From a virus (lineage: Duplodnaviria > Heunggongvirae > Uroviricota > Caudoviricetes): DNA of 28,533 nt. The position numbers were made by a program, and so were the translations under genes. The DNA lies in the IMG/VR virus record IMGVR_UViG_2565956714_000005, one strand, 5' to 3'. The notes beneath the pieces are model-generated. The model was not told the DNA's origin, ran no database searches, and saw nothing but the letters and a program-made list of their open reading frames with translations. Positions 22,853 through 28,533 of the stretch are shown one piece after another. Numbering within the stretch: position 1 is the stretch's first letter; the number at the start of each line of letters is the position of its first letter.

Positions 22853-23008
22853 ATGGATACTATCGATCTTGGCAACAACGAATCTCTGGTGTACGGCGTG
22901 TTTCCAAACCAGGACGGCACGTTCACCGCAATGACGTATACCAAAAGCAAAACGTTTAAAACCGAAAATGGTGCCCGTCGCTGGCTGGAAAGAAACTCAG
23001 GTGAGTGA
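22853..23008 (+). CDS. ydfA: YdfA-like small protein, 51 aa
   Basis: MDTIDLGNNESLVYGVFPNQDGTFTAMTYTKSKTFKTENGARRWLERNSGE; SD GAGGT; the track's longer form starts at TTG. Confidence 0.75.
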   Translation: MDTIDLGNNESLVYGVFPNQDGTFTAMTYTKSKTFKTENGARRWLERNSGE

Positions 23009-23009
23009 T

Positions 23010-23138
23010 ATGGATTTCGACACAATCATGGAAAAGGCTTACGAAGAATACTTCGAAGGCCTTGCCGAAGGCGAAGAAGCTCTCAGCTTCAGTGAGTTTA
23101 AACAGGCGCTTTCCAGTTCGGCAAAATCTAACGGCTGA
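23010..23138 (+). CDS. ydfB: YdfB-like small protein, 42 aa (below the ORF-track size cutoff)
   Basis: ATG 1 nt after the ydfA stop; MDFDTIMEKAYEEYFEGLAEGEEALSFSEFKQALSSSAKSNG. Confidence 0.7.
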   Translation: MDFDTIMEKAYEEYFEGLAEGEEALSFSEFKQALSSSAKSNG

Positions 23139-23167
23139 TAAGCGAAACAGCACCGCGAGGAATCAGT

Positions 23168-23386
23168 ATGCAGAAACGAGAACCCGTCATCATCGCGCCA
23201 GACTATACCGATGATGAACTTTATGAGTGGATGCGCCAGAAAATTAATGCAGCGCAGGATCTGAAATGGGCTAATGAAGCCAGGGCTAAGCAGGCTGAAA
23301 ATCTGTCCGCTCTGGAGCAGGATATCACCAATCTGGAAAAAGCAGCGGCATTAAGCATTGCCAGAATGATTACATACCCGCGTTAG
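23168..23386 (+). CDS. ydfC: YdfC-like protein, 72 aa
   Basis: MQKREPVIIAPDYTDDELYEWMRQKINAAQDLKWANEARAKQAENLSALEQDITNLEKAAALSIARMITYPR. Confidence 0.8.
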   Translation: MQKREPVIIAPDYTDDELYEWMRQKINAAQDLKWANEARAKQAENLSALEQDITNLEKAAALSIARMITYPR

Positions 23387-23726
23387 TAGCTAATCAACAA
23401 AGCTAAGGTTAGTAATTAAGGAGTTCTCCACGGGTGAGGTGGAGTGCGTGCGCCGGACACGGGTGCGCATCCGGAACTGACAGTTTACTGAAAGGATATT
23501 TCCCTGAAAAGTCAGACCATAACGCGAAAGCGCACGGCGAGGTAGCTGGTTCATAGATAGCCTGTCGTTAAATTTTCGTCGACCGTGCGCTTCCGGTTGT
23601 GGCAACCCGCGAAATGGCGCGGCGGTAAGTATGGCGGGGTTATTCCTTCCCCGTTGAGGACACCGGGTTGTCAGGTTGACCATACGCTTAAGTGACAACC
23701 CCGCTGCAACGCCCTCTGTTATCAAT

Positions 23727-23779
23727 TTTCTGGTGACGTTTGGCGGTATCAGTTTTACTCCGTGACTGCTCTGCCGCCC
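23727..23779 (+). ncRNA. dicF: DicF small regulatory RNA (53 nt; Hfq-dependent antisense regulator of ftsZ and other mRNAs)
   Basis: TTTCTGGTGACGTTTGGCGGTATCAGTTTTACTCCGTGACTGCTCTGCCGCCC followed by TTTTT matches the DicF sequence as recalled; lies between ydfC and dicB as in K-12. Confidence 0.85.
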
Positions 23780-23953
23780 TTTTTAAAGTGAATTTTGTGA
23801 TGTGGTGAATGCGGCTGAGCGCACGCGGAACAGTTAAAACCAAAAACAGTGTTATGGGTGGATTCTCTGTATCCGGCGTTAATTGTTAACTGGTTAACGT
23901 CACCTGGAGGCACCAGGCACTGCATCACAAAATTCATTGTTGAGGACGCGATA

Positions 23954-24142
23954 ATGAAAACGTTATTACCAAACGTTAATACGTCTGAAGGTTGTTTTGA
24001 AATTGGTGTCACTATCAGTAACCCAGTATTTACTGAAGATGCCATTAACAAGAGAAAACAAGAACGGGAGCTATTAAATAAAATATGCATTGTTTCAATG
24101 CTGGCTCGTTTACGTCTGATGCCAAAAGGATGTGCACAATGA
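23954..24142 (+). CDS. dicB: Cell-division inhibitor DicB (MinC-dependent), 62 aa
   Basis: MKTLLPNVNTSEGCFEIGVTISNPVFTEDAINKRKQERELLNKICIVSMLARLRLMPKGCAQ; the track's longer form starts at GTG. Confidence 0.88.
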   Translation: MKTLLPNVNTSEGCFEIGVTISNPVFTEDAINKRKQERELLNKICIVSMLARLRLMPKGCAQ

Positions 24143-24330
24143 ATTCAGCATTTGTGCTTGTTCTGACAGTTTTTCTTGTTTCCGGAGAGCCAGTTGATAT
24201 TGCAGTCAGTGTTCACAGGACAATGCAGGAGTGTATGACTGCAGCAACCGAACAGAAAATTCCCGGTAACTGTTACCCGGTCGATAAAGTTATTCACCAG
24301 GATAATATCGAAATCCCGGCAGGTCTTTAA
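24139..24330 (+). CDS. ydfD: YdfD-like small membrane/lysis protein, 63 aa
   Basis: MNSAFVLVLTVFLVSGEPVDIAVSVHRTMQECMTAATEQKIPGNCYPVDKVIHQDNIEIPAGL; ATGA overlap with the dicB stop. Confidence 0.8.
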   Translation: MNSAFVLVLTVFLVSGEPVDIAVSVHRTMQECMTAATEQKIPGNCYPVDKVIHQDNIEIPAGL

Positions 24331-24422
24331 AACAGTTCCGTAATAAATATCCGGTTTCATTCTTATATGCCAGCAATGGCAGGGATTTGTTCATCCTTAA
24401 ATCTGTCATGAGGTTAAAACAA

Positions 24423-26894
24423 ATGAGTAAAGTCTTTATTTGCGCCGCTATTCCTGACGAACTGGCAACAAGGGAAGAAGGCGCTGTGGCTGTAGCCACA
24501 GCCATTGAAGCTGGCGACGAACGCCGTGCTCGAGCAAAATTTCACTGGCAATTCCTGGAACATTATCCGGCTGCTCAGGACTGCGCTTATAAATTTATTG
24601 TCTGCGAGGATAAACCTGGCATACCCCGCCCTGCCCTCGATTCATGGGATGCTGAATATATGCAGGAAAACCGCTGGGATGAGGAGTCTGCTTCTTTTGT
24701 CCCGGTTGAGACTGAATCCGATCCGATGAACGTCACTTTTGACAAGCTGGCCCCTGAAGTACAGAACGCTGTCATGGTTAAGTTCGACACATGTGAAAAC
24801 ATCACCGTTGATATGGTTATTAGCGCACAGGAATTGTTGCAGGAAGACATGGCAACATTCGACGGACATATCGTTGAAGCGTTGATGAAAATGCCAGAAG
24901 TTAACGCCATGTATCCGGAGCTTAAGTTGCACGCCATTGGGTGGGTTAAGCATAAATGTATTCCTGGTGCTAAATGGCCCGAAATTCAGGCAGAGATGCG
25001 CATCTGGAAAAAACGTCGCGAAGGTGAACGCAAGGAAACCGGAAAATACACGTCTGTTGTTGATCTCGCCCGCGCCAGAGCCAATCAACAGTACACTGAA
25101 AATTCAACAGGAAAAATCAGCCCGGTCATTGCTGCCATTCATCGCGAATACAAGCAGACATGGAAAACACTGGATGACGAACTGGCCTACGCTCTCTGGC
25201 CTAGTGATGTGGATGCCGGAAACATTGACGGCAGCATCCATCGCTGGGCAAAAAAAGAAGTTATCGACAACGACCGCGAAGACTGGAAGCGTATCTCGGC
25301 ATCAATGCGCAAACAGCCTGATGCCCTTCGCTACGACCGCCAAACTATTTTTGGCCTTGTCCGTGAGCGTCCGATCGACATTCACAAAGATCCCGTAGCA
25401 CTGAACAAATATATCTGCGAATACCTGACGACAAAGGGCGTGTTTGAGAATGAAGAAACAGACCTGGGCACTGTTGATGTTCTCCAGTCATCAGAAACAC
25501 AAACTGATGCAGTGGAAACTGAGGTATCTGATATCCCAAAAAATGAAACCGCGCCGGAAGCTGAACCATCTGTAGAGCGTGAGGGGCCGTTCTATTTCCT
25601 CTTCGCAGATAAGGACGGAGAAAAATACGGTCGCGCAAACAAACTCTCTGGTCTGGATAAGGCACTGGCTGCTGGCGCCACTGAAATCACAAAAGAAGAA
25701 TATTTTGCCCGAAAAAATGGCACATACACGGGCTTACCGCAAAATGTAGATACCGCTGAAGATTCAGAACAACCAGAGCCGATAAAAGTTACCGCTGACG
25801 AAGTAAACAAAATTATGCAGGCAGCCAATATCAGCAAGCCTGACGCCGATAAGTTGCTTGCTGCATCACGTGGTGAATTTGTTGAAGGGATTAGTGACCC
25901 GAATGATCCGAAATGGGTTAAGGGGCTCCAGACCCGCGATTCTGTGAACCAGAACCAGCATGAATCGGAACGGAACTACCAAAAAGCGGAACAAAACAGT
26001 CCAAATGCGTTACAAAACGAGCCAGAAACGAAACAGCCTGAACCAGTAGCGCAACAGGAAGTGGAAAAAGTCTGCACCGCCTGCGGTCAGACCGGCGGCG
26101 GCAACTGCCCTGATTGTGGCGCGGTGATGGGCGACGCAACATACCAAGAAACATTCGATGAAGAGTATCAGGTTGAAGTTCAGGAAGATGATCCGGAGGA
26201 AATGGAAGGCGCTGAACATCCACACAAGGAGAACACTGGCGGCAATCAGCATCACAATAGCGATAATGAAACTGGCGAGACGGCAGATCACCCAATTAAG
26301 GTGAACGGTCATCACGAAATCACATCCACCAGCAGGACGTGTGACCATCTAATGATCGACCTTGAAACCATGGGAAAAAATCCTGATGCCCCGATCATCT
26401 CAATAGGTGCAATATTTTTCGATCCGCAAACCGGAGATATGGGACCGGAATTTAGTAAGACTATCGATCTGGAAACTGCTGGCGGAGTCATTGATCGGGA
26501 CACCATTAAATGGTGGCTTAAGCAATCACGCGAAGCGCAATCTGCCATTATGACCGATGAAATCCCGTTAGATGATGCACTGTTACAATTGCGAGAATTT
26601 ATCGACGAAAACTCCGGTGAATTTTTTGTTCAGGTTTGGGGAAATGGAGCCAACTTCGACAACACGATTTTGCGCCGTTCATACGAACGGCAGGGGATCC
26701 CCTGCCCGTGGCGTTACTACAACGATCGCGATGTACGCACAATCGTTGAGCTGGGGAAAGCCATAGACTTCGATGCCAGAACGGCTATTCCATTCGAAGG
26801 TGAGCGCCATAATGCACTTGATGACGCCCGTTACCAGGCAAAATACGTTTCAGTTATCTGGCAAAAACTGATCCCGAGTCAGGCTGATTCTTAA
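24423..26894 (+). CDS. ydfE: Large phage exonuclease (YdfE-like, full length, 823 aa): acidic low-complexity middle, Cys4 zinc ribbon, C-terminal DEDDh-type 3'-5' exonuclease domain
   Basis: Start at MSKVFICAAIPDE... with SD GAGGT; CTACGQTGGGNCPDCG ribbon; C-terminal motifs HLMIDLETMG, WGNGANFD and HNALDDARY typical of DnaQ-like exonucleases. Confidence 0.7.
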   Translation: MSKVFICAAIPDELATREEGAVAVATAIEAGDERRARAKFHWQFLEHYPAAQDCAYKFIVCEDKPGIPRPALDSWDAEYMQENRWDEESASFVPVETESDPMNVTFDKLAPEVQNAVMVKFDTCENITVDMVISAQELLQEDMATFDGHIVEALMKMPEVNAMYPELKLHAIGWVKHKCIPGAKWPEIQAEMRIWKKRREGERKETGKYTSVVDLARARANQQYTENSTGKISPVIAAIHREYKQTWKTLDDELAYALWPSDVDAGNIDGSIHRWAKKEVIDNDREDWKRISASMRKQPDALRYDRQTIFGLVRERPIDIHKDPVALNKYICEYLTTKGVFENEETDLGTVDVLQSSETQTDAVETEVSDIPKNETAPEAEPSVEREGPFYFLFADKDGEKYGRANKLSGLDKALAAGATEITKEEYFARKNGTYTGLPQNVDTAEDSEQPEPIKVTADEVNKIMQAANISKPDADKLLAASRGEFVEGISDPNDPKWVKGLQTRDSVNQNQHESERNYQKAEQNSPNALQNEPETKQPEPVAQQEVEKVCTACGQTGGGNCPDCGAVMGDATYQETFDEEYQVEVQEDDPEEMEGAEHPHKENTGGNQHHNSDNETGETADHPIKVNGHHEITSTSRTCDHLMIDLETMGKNPDAPIISIGAIFFDPQTGDMGPEFSKTIDLETAGGVIDRDTIKWWLKQSREAQSAIMTDEIPLDDALLQLREFIDENSGEFFVQVWGNGANFDNTILRRSYERQGIPCPWRYYNDRDVRTIVELGKAIDFDARTAIPFEGERHNALDDARYQAKYVSVIWQKLIPSQADS

Positions 26895-26966
26895 TGTTCA
26901 ACTGTCGCCGGTTGTGACTGGTATTCTGCAACCGGCGCTCGTCTGATGTAAGAGATAAAGAAATCG

Positions 26967-27218
26967 ATGAGCGAAGTAATCATGATTGTCTCTCCCGGCA
27001 AATGGGTATCCGAAGAGCAGTTAATTGCGCTGAAAGGAATAAAAAAAGGTACGTTAAAAAAGGCCCGGGAAAAATCGTTTATGGAAGGAAGGGAATATAA
27101 GCATGTCGCTCATGACGGTATGCCATGGGATAACAGTCCATGCTTTTACAACCTGGAAGAAATTGATCGCTGGATTGAGCGCCAGGCATCAGCGAGACCA
27201 AGACGTCATCTTACTTGA
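26967..27218 (+). CDS. xis: Excisionase-like protein, 83 aa
   Basis: MSEVIMIVSPGKWVSEEQLIALKGIKKGTLKKAREKSFMEGREYKHVAHDGMPWDNSPCFYNLEEIDRWIERQ...; immediately upstream of the integrase. Confidence 0.6.
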   Translation: MSEVIMIVSPGKWVSEEQLIALKGIKKGTLKKAREKSFMEGREYKHVAHDGMPWDNSPCFYNLEEIDRWIERQASARPRRHLT

Positions 27219-27237
27219 CTAAAAGCCACACTAACTA

Positions 27238-28533
27238 ATGAGAGAAGTTGAAATGAAATATCCGACAGGCGTGGAAAACCATGGAGGGAAATTACGTATC
27301 TGGTTTGTTTATAAAGACGTAAGAGTCAGGGAAAATCTGGGGGTTCCTGACACAGCAAAAAACAGGCGCGTTGCAGGTGAACTACGCTCCTCTGTTTGTT
27401 ACGCAATAAAAACTGGTGTTTTCGACTATGCAAAACAGTTTCCCTCCTCACGCAATCTGGAAAAATTTGGTGAGGCCCGACAAGATTTAACCATAAAAGA
27501 ACTGGCTGAAAAATTTCTGGCACTGAAAGAAACTGAAGTCGCCAAAACATCACTCAACACATACCGTGCCGTCATCAAAAATATCCTGAGCATAATCGGT
27601 GAAAAAAATCTTGCCTCATCGATTAATAAAGAAAAATTACTGGAGGTTCGTAAAGAGCTACTGACTGGATACCAGATCCCCAAAAGTAACTATATTGTTA
27701 CACAACCAGGGAGATCGGCTGTAACTGTAAATAATTACATGACAAATCTTAACGCCGTGTTCCAGTTTGGTGTTGATAACGGTTACCTGCCAGATAATCC
27801 GTTTAAGGGGATCTCGCCATTAAAGGAATCAAGAACCATTCCGGATCCTCTTTCGCGGGAGGAATTTATCCGTCTTATCGATGCGTGCAGAAATCAGCAA
27901 GCAAAAAATTTATGGTGTGTTTCTGTTTATACTGGCGTTCGCCCTGGTGAGCTGTGTGCACTTGGATGGGAGGACATAGATCTGAAAAATGGAACAATGA
28001 TGATCAGGAGAAATTTAGCAAAAGACCGTTTCACGGTACCAAAAACACAGGCGGGAACCAATCGGGTCATTCATCTTATTAAGCCAGCAATCGACGCTCT
28101 CCGGAGTCAGATGACATTAACGAGACTGAGCAAAGAGCATATCATTGATGTTCACCTCAGAGAGTATGGCAGAACAGAAAAACAAAAATGCACCTTTGTT
28201 TTTCAACCTGAAGTGTCAGCGAGAGTAAAAAATTATGGTGACCATTTTACCGTTGACTCAATAAGGCAGATGTGGGACGCAGCGATAAAACGTGCCGGAC
28301 TCCGCCATCGAAAATCATATCAGTCGAGACATACTTATGCCTGCTGGTCGCTGACAGCTGGTGCTAACCCGGCATTTATAGCAAACCAGATGGGCCATGC
28401 AGATGCGCAAATGGTATTTCAGGTATACGGAAAATGGATGTCTGAAAACAATAATGCACAGGTAGCTTTGTTAAATACACAGTTAAGCGAGTTTGCCCCA
28501 ACCATGTCCCATAACGAAGCAATGAAAAATTAA
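27238..28533 (+). CDS. intQ: Tyrosine site-specific integrase (lambda Int family), 431 aa; stop codon is the last 3 bases of the window
   Basis: N-terminal arm-binding-like region (MKYPTGVENHGGKLRIWFVYKD...) and C-terminal catalytic region ...HRKSYQSRHTYACWSLTAGANPAFIANQMGHADAQMVFQVYGKW... with the conserved R/H/R/Y elements. Confidence 0.9.
   Translation: MREVEMKYPTGVENHGGKLRIWFVYKDVRVRENLGVPDTAKNRRVAGELRSSVCYAIKTGVFDYAKQFPSSRNLEKFGEARQDLTIKELAEKFLALKETEVAKTSLNTYRAVIKNILSIIGEKNLASSINKEKLLEVRKELLTGYQIPKSNYIVTQPGRSAVTVNNYMTNLNAVFQFGVDNGYLPDNPFKGISPLKESRTIPDPLSREEFIRLIDACRNQQAKNLWCVSVYTGVRPGELCALGWEDIDLKNGTMMIRRNLAKDRFTVPKTQAGTNRVIHLIKPAIDALRSQMTLTRLSKEHIIDVHLREYGRTEKQKCTFVFQPEVSARVKNYGDHFTVDSIRQMWDAAIKRAGLRHRKSYQSRHTYACWSLTAGANPAFIANQMGHADAQMVFQVYGKWMSENNNAQVALLNTQLSEFAPTMSHNEAMKN

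Noticed and set aside
24587-26548. Several minus-strand ORFs (24587..24937, 24642..25088, 25345..25665, 25592..25837, 25918..26295, 26010..26348, 26312..26548)
   Set aside because: All antisense to the large exonuclease gene; no start signals.

Overview
This window is a near-complete stretch of a lambdoid prophage of the E. coli Qin / phage-21 type, read in reverse relative to the usual phage map. All calls rest on reading the sequence and the ORF track and on recalled protein families; no database search was run. Left to right: phage-lambda-type head and packaging genes on the minus strand (C/Nu3 partial, B, W, A, Nu1) ending at an intact cos site; tandem IS2 and IS5 insertions; late-region morons (gnsB-like, cspI); a lysis cassette (Rz/Rz1 spanins, SAR-type endolysin, YdfR-like, and a pinholin split by IS3); a zinc-ribbon mini-gene; cspB and cspF; antiterminator Q; YdfU-like HNH protein; rem; a hok toxin; a poorly understood run of small genes; a minimal methyltransferase-like ORF; a replication module whose initiator has a DnaT-like C-terminus and carries iterons inside its own coding sequence; the dicC/dicA immunity switch; the ydfABC-dicF-dicB-ydfD operon; a large exonuclease; excisionase; and a tyrosine integrase ending at the window edge. 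No tRNA, rRNA or CRISPR array was seen. I could not identify a demonstrably new system. The best candidates for follow-up are the embedded origin with no helicase loader, the uncharacterised small-gene segment between hok and the methyltransferase, and the IS-driven inactivation pattern (holin split, late operon interrupted). Self-derived coordinates may be off by a few bases.
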